Shown: positions 54,598 through 63,966, numbered from the stretch's first letter. The stretch: DNA of 64,000 nucleotides from Minisyncoccia bacterium (GCA_038212075.1 JBBQUV010000002.1:7343-71342); one strand, 5' to 3'. Notes: generated by a model not told the origin, from the sequence alone. Program-made: numbers and translations.

Positions 54598-56349
54598 TTA
54601 TTCAGTTACTGCGCGAAGCACTTCCTCAATGGAGGTTGTGCCGCGTGCCGCTTTGTACAGCCCATCTTCAAGCATGGTGAGCATCCCCTCCTTTCGTGCT
54701 TGTGCTTCGACCGCTTCACTCGACGCTCCCTTCAAAATGAGATCGCGAATGGTTGAAGTGACCTTTAACACTTCGTGGATACCAAGACGACCAGAGTACC
54801 CTTCTTCGCATTCTGGTGATGGTTTTGGACGATAAAACGGAATAGCATCAATTTTTGTGCTTGCTTTAGCAAGTTTTTCGTCCACAAGTGCTTTCATTAC
54901 TGAATCAAAGCGGTCAGCAGATGCAATTTTATCCCGCGCGGCTTTAGTGAGTTCATATTTCTCTTTTTCATTGCAAAGCACGCGTACCAAACGCTGACCC
55001 ACAATTACTTTCAAGGTGGAAACAAGCAGAAACGGCTCCACGCCCATATCAATAAGACGCGGAATGGCACCGGCGGCGCTGTTGGTGTGAATAGTAGAAA
55101 GCACCAAGTGGCCGGTGAGTGCGGCGTTGATGGCAAGCGCCGCCGTTTCGCCGTCACGAATCTCTCCCACCATCACCACGTTCGGGTCTTGGCGCAAAAG
55201 TGAACGCAATCCGTTTGCAAACGTAAATCCAATTGCCGGGTTCACTTGTGTTTGGTTCACTCGTTTCATTTGGTATTCGATCGGATCTTCTACAGTTGAA
55301 ATGTTTACATCTGGCGTATTCAAAATATCGAGCACGGTGTACAGGGTGGTTGTTTTTCCGGAACCGGTTGGTCCGGAAATCAAAATCAGTCCCGTCGTTT
55401 GTTTGGTTGCTTCATGGATACGCTCTGCAGATTCGCCGTGAAGCCCAAGAGCATCAAGCGTGAATCCTTCTCCTGTCTCGCGCAACAAACGCATCACGAT
55501 TTTTTCTCCGTAATAGGTTGGCAGAAGCGAAACACGGAATGACACCTTGTCACTTTCCGTTTCCATTTTGAAACGACCGTCTTGCGGCAACCGTTTTTCA
55601 TCCAGTTTCAAATTGGCGAGCACTTTGATGCGCGCAACAATACCGCCCGCCGCCGCCCGCGGCAGAGTCATTGCGTCATGGAGAATGCCGTCAATGCGGT
55701 AGCGCACGAGCACTTGGTCTTCTAGAGCTTCAATATGAATATCGGACGCTTTTTGTATGATGGCGTGGCGCAGAAGGGTGTCCACAATGCGAACAATCGG
55801 CAAATCTTCCGCCATTTTCTTAAGTTCCTCCCCTGTCACTTCTTTGTCGCCCGACTCTTTCACCACCGTGAGTTTACCGGCTTCAGTGGTGATAAGGTCG
55901 CCAAACTCTTCTTTCAGTGATTTTTGGTATTGAATGAGTCCGTCTTTAACAGAATCTTCGTCAGTAAGGCGGGGGAGAATTTTCAATCCCGTTTTTTTGC
56001 GTACTGAATCGATAGCGGGTAAATCTTCCGTATCAAGCATGGCAACCTCAACCTCCGTCTCGGTTTTTTTATACGCAATAATGGAGTGGACGCGCGCAAT
56101 CGGTTCCGGAATGAGCGATAGTACGTCAAACGGAATTTTTTTATCTTTCAGGTTTACGTACGGAATACCAAGCACATAGGCTTTAATACGCCGCAAGGCA
56201 TCGGTTGAAAGCGCACCTGAAGATACGAGAATGTCGCCCACCGATTGTTTTCGGGTTTTGGCAACGTCGACCGCCGCGTCAACGTCTTTACGTGACACGA
56301 GTCCGGAATCAAGGATGAATTCCTTCAGTTCTGATTCTGAAACCTTCAT
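54598..56349 (-). CDS. pilB: Type IV pilus assembly ATPase PilB (GspE family).
   Basis: 583 aa. N-terminal T2SSE_N domain, Walker A GPTGSGKTTTLYT and VGEIRDGETA. Confidence 0.9.
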   Translation of the reverse strand: MKVSESELKEFILDSGLVSRKDVDAAVDVAKTRKQSVGDILVSSGALSTDALRRIKAYVLGIPYVNLKDKKIPFDVLSLIPEPIARVHSIIAYKKTETEVEVAMLDTEDLPAIDSVRKKTGLKILPRLTDEDSVKDGLIQYQKSLKEEFGDLITTEAGKLTVVKESGDKEVTGEELKKMAEDLPIVRIVDTLLRHAIIQKASDIHIEALEDQVLVRYRIDGILHDAMTLPRAAAGGIVARIKVLANLKLDEKRLPQDGRFKMETESDKVSFRVSLLPTYYGEKIVMRLLRETGEGFTLDALGLHGESAERIHEATKQTTGLILISGPTGSGKTTTLYTVLDILNTPDVNISTVEDPIEYQMKRVNQTQVNPAIGFTFANGLRSLLRQDPNVVMVGEIRDGETAALAINAALTGHLVLSTIHTNSAAGAIPRLIDMGVEPFLLVSTLKVIVGQRLVRVLCNEKEKYELTKAARDKIASADRFDSVMKALVDEKLAKASTKIDAIPFYRPKPSPECEEGYSGRLGIHEVLKVTSTIRDLILKGASSEAVEAQARKEGMLTMLEDGLYKAARGTTSIEEVLRAVTE

Positions 56350-56426
56350 GACTAATCAAAGTATAGCGTGTCCCTGCAGTACTCTGACGTATTTCTCGTG
56401 AAAACAGGGGAAAGAAACAAGCGGTC

Positions 56427-56455
56427 TTGACGCAAAACGCCGAAAACGGTATCAT
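56427..56455 (+). promoter_or_regulatory. Sigma70-like promoter upstream of nusA (TTGACG, a 17-nt spacer, TATCAT).
   Basis: Read from the sequence. The spacing is optimal. Confidence 0.5.
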
Positions 56456-56467
56456 TCTTGTACCTGA

Positions 56468-56494
56468 AATGTCCGCGCCGCGGGCATTTTATTT
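56468..56494 (+). promoter_or_regulatory. Leader hairpin (ATGTCCGCG-CCG-CGGGCAT) followed by TTTTATTTT in the nusA 5' UTR. It is a possible attenuator.
   Basis: Read from the sequence. It lies between the predicted promoter and the nusA start. Confidence 0.35.
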
Positions 56495-56560
56495 TAGGGA
56501 AGTGGGCGGCGGCGTGTGTGCACCAATTTAATATGTGCGAACAACTAAATATATAGAGGT

Positions 56561-57982
56561 ATGTTGGATCTCAAAACAATTAACTCAGTGCTCGGAGAGT
56601 TCCAGGATCGTGGAATCACCAAGGAAGTAATGGTGGATGCTATCGAATCTGCGATGGCAACCGCGTATAAGAAGGAATACGGTAAACGCGGACAAGTTAT
56701 CCGTGCAAAACTCGACATGGATACGGGCACGGTTTCCTTTGAACAGGTAAAGACAGTGATTGATGAAACGCTCGTTCGTTTTCCTGAAGAAGGAGAAGAA
56801 TTTATCCCAGAGCCAGAGCATTCGCACCGTCATGACACCGAAACACCTCTTGCTGAAGGGGAACTTCCACGTTTTGACGAAGAAAAACACATGCTTCTTA
56901 AGAACGCGCGCATGATTAAACGCGGCGCGGCGTTGGGTGAAGAAATCGTCTTCCCACTTGAGCCTCAGGAGGATTTTGGCCGTATTGCCGCACAAACCGC
57001 TAAGCAGGTGGTTATTCAGAAAATTCGTGAAGCGGAAAAGCTTTCGATTTTGGAAGAATTCGGTCACAAGAAAGGCGAAATTGTCTCCGGTCTTGTTCAG
57101 CGTATGGAACGCGGTGCCCTTTTCATCGATCTTGGTCGTGCAACAGGCATCATTCCGTACGAAGAACAGATCCCGGGTGAGCGCTATCGCCCCGGCGAAC
57201 GTATTCGCGCCTACCTCTATGCGGTAGATGAAGGGTTCCGTGGTGTGTATCTCCGTCTGTCCCGTTCGCACCCACGTTTCCTCATCCAGCTTTTTGAAAT
57301 GGAAGTGCCAGAGCTTGCTTCAGGTGCTATTGAAGTGAAAGGCGTTGCTCGTGAACCCGGTAGTCGTACCAAAATTGCAGTCGCATCGGTTGACTCTCAC
57401 GTAGATCCTGTCGGCTCGCTCGTTGGTCAGCGTGGCGTTCGTGTTTCAACCGTCATGGCGTCACTCGGTGGCGAACGCATCGACATCATTGAATGGTCGG
57501 AAGACGTTAAATCCTTTATCAAGGAAGCACTCTCCCCTGCTACCGTGCTTGATATCGAGCTGGACGAAGAGAATCACCGCGCAAAAGTATCGGTTTCTGA
57601 CGACCAGCAATCGCTCGCGATTGGCCGTGGTGGACAGAATGTGCGCCTCGCCGCAAAACTTACCGGCTGGAATATCGATATCGCTTCAACCGGCGGCACC
57701 GACGTCGCCGAGTCCGATGGTGAACAGATTAAAATTGCTGGTAGCGAAGAGCGCGTTAAGGCAGGAGCGGAGAGTATTAAGGAAGCAGAGAAGGAAATTG
57801 AATCCGCAGAAGAAGCGGTTGAAGATACTGCCGCAATCATCCCAACAGAAAGTGAAGAAATTATCACCGAAGATACGGTAGAGAAAAATACCCTTCCTGC
57901 AGAAGAAGAGCTCACGGCAAATGAAGACAATTCAATTGTGGATACACAGGAATCTCGCGACAAAGTCGCGGATGACGAGTAA
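56561..57982 (+). CDS. nusA: Transcription termination/antitermination factor NusA.
   Basis: N-terminal domain, S1 and KH1/KH2 (GRGGQNVRLAAKLTGWNIDI), and an acidic C-terminal tail. Confidence 0.9.
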   Translation: MLDLKTINSVLGEFQDRGITKEVMVDAIESAMATAYKKEYGKRGQVIRAKLDMDTGTVSFEQVKTVIDETLVRFPEEGEEFIPEPEHSHRHDTETPLAEGELPRFDEEKHMLLKNARMIKRGAALGEEIVFPLEPQEDFGRIAAQTAKQVVIQKIREAEKLSILEEFGHKKGEIVSGLVQRMERGALFIDLGRATGIIPYEEQIPGERYRPGERIRAYLYAVDEGFRGVYLRLSRSHPRFLIQLFEMEVPELASGAIEVKGVAREPGSRTKIAVASVDSHVDPVGSLVGQRGVRVSTVMASLGGERIDIIEWSEDVKSFIKEALSPATVLDIELDEENHRAKVSVSDDQQSLAIGRGGQNVRLAAKLTGWNIDIASTGGTDVAESDGEQIKIAGSEERVKAGAESIKEAEKEIESAEEAVEDTAAIIPTESEEIITEDTVEKNTLPAEEELTANEDNSIVDTQESRDKVADDE

Positions 57983-57994
57983 CATTGAACATAT

Positions 57995-58516
57995 ATGAAT
58001 CTTCTTCACGATGTTGCACCGGGTTCGAAAAATGAAATAAACGTTATTGTTGAAATCAACAAAGGTTCTCACAACAAGTACGAAATTGATAAGGAAACAG
58101 GCCTTATCGCACTTGATCGTGTGGCACACACAGGCCAAGACTTCCCGTTTGATTATGGCTTTGTACCTCAAACACTTTGGGATGACGGGGATGCACTCGA
58201 CGTAATACTTCTTACGACCTATCCTCTCTTTCCCGGGCTTCTCGTGCGCGCCCGACCGGTCGCCCTCATGAAAATGATCGATGGCGGTGACGTCGATGAT
58301 AAAGTCATTGCCGTTCCTCTTGAAGATCCTCGATGGTCAGAAACGAAAGACTTGCAGGATCTTAATAAGCACACCCTTAAGGAAATTCAACACTTCTATT
58401 CAACGTATAAAAACCTGCAAAACAAAGTAGTTGAAGTAACGGGGTTTGAAGATAAAAATGCGGCAGAAGCGGCATTTGAAAAAGGACGAAAAATGTACGA
58501 GGATAGTAAGAAATAA
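57995..58516 (+). CDS. ppa: Inorganic pyrophosphatase (family I).
   Basis: 173 aa with the DGDALDVIL family I signature. Confidence 0.85.
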   Translation: MNLLHDVAPGSKNEINVIVEINKGSHNKYEIDKETGLIALDRVAHTGQDFPFDYGFVPQTLWDDGDALDVILLTTYPLFPGLLVRARPVALMKMIDGGDVDDKVIAVPLEDPRWSETKDLQDLNKHTLKEIQHFYSTYKNLQNKVVEVTGFEDKNAAEAAFEKGRKMYEDSKK

Positions 58517-58531
58517 GGCAGTCTTTAGAAG

Positions 58532-58563
58532 AAGCAAACGCGCGCCCATGGGCGCGCGTTTGC
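58532..58563. repeat. Perfect 32-nt palindrome centred on CCATGG (AGCAAACGCGCGCCCATGGGCGCGCGTTTGCT). It has no flanking U-tract.
   Basis: Checked by reverse-complementing by hand. It lies between ppa and the small ORF. Confidence 0.6.
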
Positions 58564-58575
58564 TATACTCTCCCT

Positions 58576-58776
58576 ATGGAAACGCAGAACACTGAATCAA
58601 ATCCGCTCATTAGCCCCCCATCGTCCCCACGTAAAAAAGAAAACGCCTCCTATGGCGCACTCATCTCTATCGTCATCATTCTCGCTCTTGTCGTCGTTGG
58701 CGCCTTTTATTCATGGGGGAAGCGCATAGAGCAAAACCAACCAAAACAACCGGCACAAACAGGTGTGGCGAAATAA
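58576..58776 (+). CDS. Small membrane protein (66 aa, one TM helix).
   Basis: Hydrophobic segment ALISIVIILALVVVGAFY. Flanked upstream by the palindrome and downstream by a terminator (58784-58815). Confidence 0.35.
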   Translation: METQNTESNPLISPPSSPRKKENASYGALISIVIILALVVVGAFYSWGKRIEQNQPKQPAQTGVAK

Positions 58777-58783
58777 TATGCAA

Positions 58784-58815
58784 AAAGAGGCGCCTTGCGG
58801 TGCCTCTTTCGCTTT
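58784..58815 (+). terminator. Intrinsic terminator (AAAGAGGCGCC-TTGC-GGTGCCTCTTT plus a T-run).
   Basis: Read from the sequence. Confidence 0.55.
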
Positions 58816-58827
58816 TTGTGTAACCGG

Positions 58828-59727
58828 TTAAAGCGAAACCGGCATTCCAATCGAAAGTGTTCCCGAACCCTTCGGCACTGCATTCACGCCGAAGTAGATT
58901 TTGCCGTCGCGTTCCGCGCTACGTACGCGACGGTACGTTGCCAAGGTTCGCATAGGCTCGTTGTTCGGGTCGTGGTTCGCAAAGTGCGATGAACCACGAT
59001 CAGTGTGCACTTCAATCGCGCGACAACGCGAACAAAGTTTAACCCGATCAAAGACGTTACTGTCACCGAAGGTAATCGGTGCAAGCGTGTCTTCTTCGTG
59101 TGCTTCGGTGCCGCCGATGACGATGTTTGGCCGAAACCGCTCCATTGATGCAGGCGACTGATCATGCGCAATCAAACGATGCGTGAGTTGGTCGTGCGAT
59201 GCTTGCGACAGTATCATGGCGGGGTAGCCGTCTTGAGCATGAAGCGGAATTGCGCACCCCATTTGCGTTGAGTGGCGTGTCCGCTCGTGCCACGGGATTG
59301 ATCGCATCAACCGTACCTTCATTCCGAGACATTCGGAAAAAAACTTGTCGTAGGCGATGCCCATTTCGAGCATCCACGAGGTCTCGCGATGAATGATGAC
59401 CACCGCTTCGGGCAGTTCACCTGGTTCTGGTTGTTGAAGCGATATCACCATAGCGCCGACGCCATGTCGGGTTACGGTGACGCCGATTCCGCGCCTACTC
59501 ACGCTGAAGTCGGCGAGGTTCGGGAAGTCACGAAGGGTGACCATGTTCCCTTTTTCGTCGACCAGCATGAACATGCGGTCGTGTTCGAACCCTTTCGGGG
59601 TGTAGAGAGCTTCACTCACGGAGATGCCGGGGAGACTTTTGATTGGATAGATGGAAAGACCTGTAATTGATACGCCTGTCTTTGTCATGTCGTGCCCTCG
59701 CGTTTGGTTTGTGTGCACCATGCACAC
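58828..59727 (-). CDS. MOSC-domain protein (YcbX-like; N-terminal MOSC beta-barrel plus MOSC domain).
   Basis: LSIYPIKS near the N-terminus, RFRPNIVIGG, and the C-terminal conserved Cys region (KLCSRCRAIEV). The start may be the internal MTKTG at about 59688. Confidence 0.7.
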   Translation of the reverse strand: MCMVHTNQTRGHDMTKTGVSITGLSIYPIKSLPGISVSEALYTPKGFEHDRMFMLVDEKGNMVTLRDFPNLADFSVSRRGIGVTVTRHGVGAMVISLQQPEPGELPEAVVIIHRETSWMLEMGIAYDKFFSECLGMKVRLMRSIPWHERTRHSTQMGCAIPLHAQDGYPAMILSQASHDQLTHRLIAHDQSPASMERFRPNIVIGGTEAHEEDTLAPITFGDSNVFDRVKLCSRCRAIEVHTDRGSSHFANHDPNNEPMRTLATYRRVRSAERDGKIYFGVNAVPKGSGTLSIGMPVSL

Positions 59728-59837
59728 AAAAAGATGGGTATCGTCCCGCGTGATACCTTACCGCTCACACACGAAAGCGCAAGATTTACGCACTGCGCAC
59801 AGTTTGTTACCATGCACTCACGCTTAACAAAGACACT

Positions 59838-60443
59838 ATGCAACACATGACACCGCGCTCCTCAATGCTTGTTCCAATGGTGATTGAAAAATCACAATTT
59901 GGTGAACGTGCCTACGATATCTACTCTCGTCTTTTGCGCGAACGGATTATTTTTCTTGGTGGCGGCATTGACGACGACACTGCAAACCTGATCATCGCGC
60001 AACTTCTCTTTTTGGAAGCAGAAGACCCAAAAAAAGATGTATCGCTTTATGTAAACTCGCCAGGCGGTTCGGTTACCGCAGGGCTTGCGATTCTTGACGC
60101 GATGAACCATATCAAACCCGATGTTTCTACGGTGTGTGTCGGTATGGCCGCATCAGCCGCCGCGGTCATTCTTGCCGCTGGCGCAAAAGGAAAACGCTAC
60201 GCTCTTCCAAACGCCGAAGTTATGATTCACCAGCCATGGGGTGGTGCGCAGGGGCAAGCAACGGATATTGAAATCACCGCAAAGCATATTCTTGCAACAC
60301 GCGACCGTTTGAACAAAATTCTCTCCAAGGCTACCGGTCAACCGCTCGCAAAAATTGAAAAGGATGTGGAGCGCGATTACTTTATGACATCCGACGAAGC
60401 AAAAAAGTACGGGTTGGTAGATCAGGTATACAAAACGAAATAA
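59838..60443 (+). CDS. clpP: ATP-dependent Clp protease proteolytic subunit.
   Basis: Catalytic Ser region [11 protein letters not shown], then MIHQP. The start may be the internal MLVPMVIE at about 59865. Confidence 0.9.
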   Translation: MQHMTPRSSMLVPMVIEKSQFGERAYDIYSRLLRERIIFLGGGIDDDTANLIIAQLLFLEAEDPKKDVSLYVNSPGGSVTAGLAILDAMNHIKPDVSTVCVGMAASAAAVILAAGAKGKRYALPNAEVMIHQPWGGAQGQATDIEITAKHILATRDRLNKILSKATGQPLAKIEKDVERDYFMTSDEAKKYGLVDQVYKTK

Positions 60444-60460
60444 AAAATATTGGAATTAAG

Positions 60461-60490
60461 AAAGGGCCCGGAACGTCGTCCGGGCCCTTT
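60461..60490. terminator. Bidirectional terminator hairpin (AAAGGGCCCGG-AACGTCGT-CCGGGCCCTTT).
   Basis: Read from the sequence, between convergent genes. Confidence 0.65.
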
Positions 60491-60509
60491 CGATAGGCAG
60501 CGTGCGCCG

Positions 60510-60824
60510 TTAGTAGGCGTACTCGAGTTTGAACGCCACAACATCGAGGTGTGCGCTATTGCGCAAGAATCCAATGATGTTGCGGTACAGCGTGCTGACG
60601 GGGCTGTTGATGAGGCCAGGTGATTCACCCGGTTTCCGCTCATCGTCCTTCGTCAGTTCAACAATGCCGTGCACGACGACTGGTGGTGTTCCGCCACCTC
60701 TCGCCGAAGTGATGACGTAGGAGAGTTCGCCCGTGTCGATTTCCGGGACACAATCCAGCGCCATTCTGACGGCTTTTTCTATATTGTAGCCGCCCGGTAC
60801 GGCAAGCTCAAGGTTCAACTTCAT
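60510..60824 (-). CDS. Hypothetical small protein, possibly of the MTH1187/YkoF-like (DUF77) fold.
   Basis: 104 aa. The N-terminal pattern MKLNLELAVPGGYNIEKAV gives only a weak family resemblance. Confidence 0.3.
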   Translation of the reverse strand: MKLNLELAVPGGYNIEKAVRMALDCVPEIDTGELSYVITSARGGGTPPVVVHGIVELTKDDERKPGESPGLINSPVSTLYRNIIGFLRNSAHLDVVAFKLEYAY

Positions 60825-60905
60825 GTCTTCCTCCCAAGGCTGGACAATACGAGTATACTATTTTTTTACCACAAGTCAATTCACTCTGATGGCGACACCT
60901 AATAG

Positions 60906-60935
60906 AAAAAACCCGGGCGCAGTGTCCGGGTTTTT
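60906..60935. terminator. Hairpin terminator (AAAAACCCGG-GCGCAGTGT-CCGGGTTTTT).
   Basis: Read from the sequence. It lies downstream of the minus-strand gene 60960..61247. Confidence 0.6.
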
Positions 60936-60959
60936 CCTTTACAGCGCACAGAGAAGCCC

Positions 60960-61247
60960 TTACTTCCCTGCTTGGTGAAAGGTGAGATGGGTGAGAAAGG
61001 ACGCGAGTGTGAAGATGCACGCAATGGTGAACCAGATCACGACCTGCGCCGCTTCGCTCTGGATTTTGAATGAATGAACCGTCTCCACACCGACCACTGC
61101 AGTGGCGAGAAAGCCAACGGCGAACACCAGAGCAGTGAAGACCACGTGAGGCCGATTCTGAATGAGTGGCGCCTCGGTATAGGTCATGGTGAGCGTGAAG
61201 AGTGCGCCAAAGAGTGCTGGCACAAGCACGACGAGAAGGAACGACAT
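60960..61247 (-). CDS. Small integral membrane protein (three TM).
   Basis: 95 aa with hydrophobic segments and a terminator downstream. Confidence 0.4.
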   Translation of the reverse strand: MSFLLVVLVPALFGALFTLTMTYTEAPLIQNRPHVVFTALVFAVGFLATAVVGVETVHSFKIQSEAAQVVIWFTIACIFTLASFLTHLTFHQAGK

Positions 61248-61434
61248 AGGACAATTCCGCTTAGAGTTGCCCGTGCATTTTGCATTTTTTATTTAAACAT
61301 GTCAACTGCTCTCCTACGATTTTCGTGGTACCATTTTTAGGTACTGAAACGGCTGAACGAAAGAAACGACCGACCGCCTGGATTCCTTTATTTGTCTTTG
61401 AGCTCCCGCCAAGCGGGTAGTAACTGAAAGGGCT

Positions 61435-62964
61435 ATGTCTATAAATCTTGTGCTTATTTTGCTCGCGATTTCCGGCCTTGCCGGCATCGCGCTTGGGTAC
61501 GTGCTTCGCTTTTTGATATCGCTTGGACAGCGTGGGTCTTTGGAAATTGAAATCAAGCAGAAAATGCTTGAAGCAAAAGAACGCGCGAATCATCTTATAA
61601 AAGAAGCAGAGGAGCGGGCAGACGAAGTAGAGAAAGAACAGCTTGCGCCACTCGTTGAACGTGAAGAAAAATTAAACAAAACCGAAGAACGGCTTGCAAA
61701 AAAAGAAGAATTTCTTGATGACCGTGAACGGGGGTTTGTGGATCGTTCTGAAGAATTGAAGGCACGTGAAAATGACGTGGTACGCGCAAAGCGTGAAGCG
61801 GAAGCACTTTCACAAGAACGTCGCGCCGAGCTTTCTAAAATCGCACGACTGTCTGAAAACGCCGCACGCGACTTGTTGATGAAAGATATCGAAGATTCAC
61901 ACGAAGACGCGGTACTCACGCGTCTGCAAAAACTGGAAGCCAATGGTCGCGAACGTCTTGAAGCAAAGGCACGCAATATTCTCACCGCGGTTATTCATCG
62001 CCTTTCAAGTCCGGTGAATGCAGAAGTCACTACCCTCTCAGTACAGATTCCTTCTGAAGAAGTAAAAGGAAAAATTATCGGCAAAGAAGGGAGGAATATT
62101 AAAGCGTTTGAGCGTGCGACAGGTGTCGATGTGCTTATTGATGACGCACCAGACAAAATTACTCTTTCGTCGTTTGACCCACTTCGTCGGCATATCGCGA
62201 AGGCGGCGCTTGAAAAACTGATTAGTGATGGACGTATTCAGCCGGCAAAAATTGAAGAGGTGGTTGAAAATACCAAGAAAGAAATGAACGACCTTATTAA
62301 ACAAAAAGGCGAACAAGCGGCGTATGAAGCTGGCGTCGTTGGCTTTGATCCGAAACTCATTGCCCTTCTCGGTCGCCTTCATTTCCGTACGAGTTACGGA
62401 CAGAATGTCCTTCAGCACTCGGTTGAAATGGCGCACATTGCAGGAATGCTTGCTACAGAACTTGGCGCTAATGCTGACGTCGCACGTGCCGGTGCACTCA
62501 TTCATGACATTGGGAAAGCAGTAGATCACGAAGTGTCAGGCACGCATGTGGAAATTGGGCGCAGAATTCTGGAAAAGTTTGGCGTAGATAAGTCCATCAT
62601 TCAAGCAATGCAGTCGCACCACGAAGAGTATCCGTATGAAACACCAGAATCAGTAATTGTGCAGGCGGCAGACGCTATTTCTGGCGGGCGCCCTGGTGCT
62701 CGTCGCGACACGGTGGAACGATACCTTGAGCGTTTGGGTGACTTGGAACGCATCGCATCGTCGTTTGAGGGTGTGGAAAAGGTATATGCGATTCAAGCAG
62801 GTCGCGAAATTCGAGTGTTTGTAAATCCGGGGAAGGTTTCTGACATCGCAATGCATAAAATGGCGCGCGATATCGTGGAACGTATTCAAGACGAACTTAA
62901 ATATCCGGGGGAAATCAAAGTGAACATGATTCGCGAGAATCGCGTCGTTGAATTCGCACGTTAA
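61435..62964 (+). CDS. rny: Ribonuclease Y.
   Basis: N-terminal TM, a coiled coil, a KH domain (GKIIGKEGRNIKAFE) and an HD domain (HDIGKA). 509 aa. Confidence 0.9.
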   Translation: MSINLVLILLAISGLAGIALGYVLRFLISLGQRGSLEIEIKQKMLEAKERANHLIKEAEERADEVEKEQLAPLVEREEKLNKTEERLAKKEEFLDDRERGFVDRSEELKARENDVVRAKREAEALSQERRAELSKIARLSENAARDLLMKDIEDSHEDAVLTRLQKLEANGRERLEAKARNILTAVIHRLSSPVNAEVTTLSVQIPSEEVKGKIIGKEGRNIKAFERATGVDVLIDDAPDKITLSSFDPLRRHIAKAALEKLISDGRIQPAKIEEVVENTKKEMNDLIKQKGEQAAYEAGVVGFDPKLIALLGRLHFRTSYGQNVLQHSVEMAHIAGMLATELGANADVARAGALIHDIGKAVDHEVSGTHVEIGRRILEKFGVDKSIIQAMQSHHEEYPYETPESVIVQAADAISGGRPGARRDTVERYLERLGDLERIASSFEGVEKVYAIQAGREIRVFVNPGKVSDIAMHKMARDIVERIQDELKYPGEIKVNMIRENRVVEFAR

Positions 62965-62973
62965 AGAAATACA

Positions 62974-63014
62974 AAAATGTAAATCCCACACCTCTGGTGC
63001 GGGATTTACATTTT
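62974..63014. terminator. Bidirectional terminator hairpin (AAATGTAAATCCC-N13-GGGATTTACATTT). It overlaps the stop codon of the convergent pheA-like gene.
   Basis: Read from the sequence. Confidence 0.6.
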
Positions 63015-63566
63015 CTTCGCAACGACAAACGACGTGTAGTTGAATTTCAAATCTTGGATGCTCTCTTCAAGAATATCGAGTTTGTAGAGTTCAGCGGCGC
63101 GTTTTGAGGCAATGGCGGCAGTGTCTTTAGAAAGTGTTCCGTTCGCAAGGTCTTCTGCCGCTTTTGCTGTGTCTGGGTATGGAACTAAATCAACACCTGG
63201 CCACTTTCGCTTCAAATACATACGGCACTGCTTCAGCGCTTGGTCATGGGAAGCGATTTTAGTGATTTGTTCTGGGTTAGTACCCGGAAGCACCAGCAAA
63301 TTTTGATGTACATCAATCTCAAACATCTTTTCTACCGAAAAAAGGTGTTTTGCCATGGCATACACCGCCTCAATCACAATGCCACCATTACTGTTTTCTA
63401 CCGGGAAGATGCCAGTATCAATAGAACCGGCTTCAAGTGCGGAAAGTACCCCCTCCACACTTACCAACGGGACAATTTCTGCGCCTTCAATTTTCTCATT
63501 TCGTACATAGGTTGCCGCCGCTTCTTCCGAAAAGCTTCCGTGAGCTCCTGAAATACCGATTTTCAT
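63006..63566 (-). CDS. pheA: Prephenate dehydratase catalytic (PDT) domain protein, with no ACT domain.
   Basis: MKIGISGAHGSFSEEAA and ENSNGGIV are PDT signatures. 186 aa. Confidence 0.65.
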   Translation of the reverse strand: MKIGISGAHGSFSEEAAATYVRNEKIEGAEIVPLVSVEGVLSALEAGSIDTGIFPVENSNGGIVIEAVYAMAKHLFSVEKMFEIDVHQNLLVLPGTNPEQITKIASHDQALKQCRMYLKRKWPGVDLVPYPDTAKAAEDLANGTLSKDTAAIASKRAAELYKLDILEESIQDLKFNYTSFVVAKKM

Positions 63567-63680
63567 TTAAAGCACTGTACCACACTACCCTGTTTTGGTG
63601 CCTATTGCGTAAAACGGCGTATTTCCTATACTTCCGCCATACCCTGCCTAGGGCAGGAATTAGCCCTTAATCCAATCCCT

Positions 63681-63953
63681 ATGAATAAAGCGGACATCAT
63701 AGATAAAGTGCATGGCGTTCTCGGCGGCACGAAAGCAGATGCTGAGCGTGCAGTGGAGTGCATGATTCAAAGCGTTCACGACGGGCTTAAAAAGGGTGAC
63801 GAAGTATCTGTTGCTGGTCTTGGTATCTTTGTTACCAAAGCACGTCCAGCTCGCGATGGTCGTAACCCACGCACGGGTGAATCCATCCGCATTGCGGCAA
63901 CTCGCACGCCAAAGTTTCGCCCTGCAAAGGCACTCAAAGACGCGGTTAAGTAA
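63681..63953 (+). CDS. hup: DNA-binding protein HU.
   Basis: 90 aa with the arm region GRNPRTGESIRI. Confidence 0.9.
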   Translation: MNKADIIDKVHGVLGGTKADAERAVECMIQSVHDGLKKGDEVSVAGLGIFVTKARPARDGRNPRTGESIRIAATRTPKFRPAKALKDAVK

Positions 63954-63966
63954 GGTTGTATGTTCC

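Noticed and set aside
58530-58565. Calling the CCATGG-centred palindrome a standard rho-independent terminator for ppa.
   Set aside because: The stem is very strong, but no U-tract follows on either strand. I annotate it as a palindrome or repeat with unknown function instead.
59728-59837. CtsR or CIRCE heat-shock operator upstream of clpP.
   Set aside because: There is no tandem GGTCAAA heptad (CtsR) and no TTAGCACTC-N9-GAGTGCTAA (CIRCE). Only a partial GCACTC is present.
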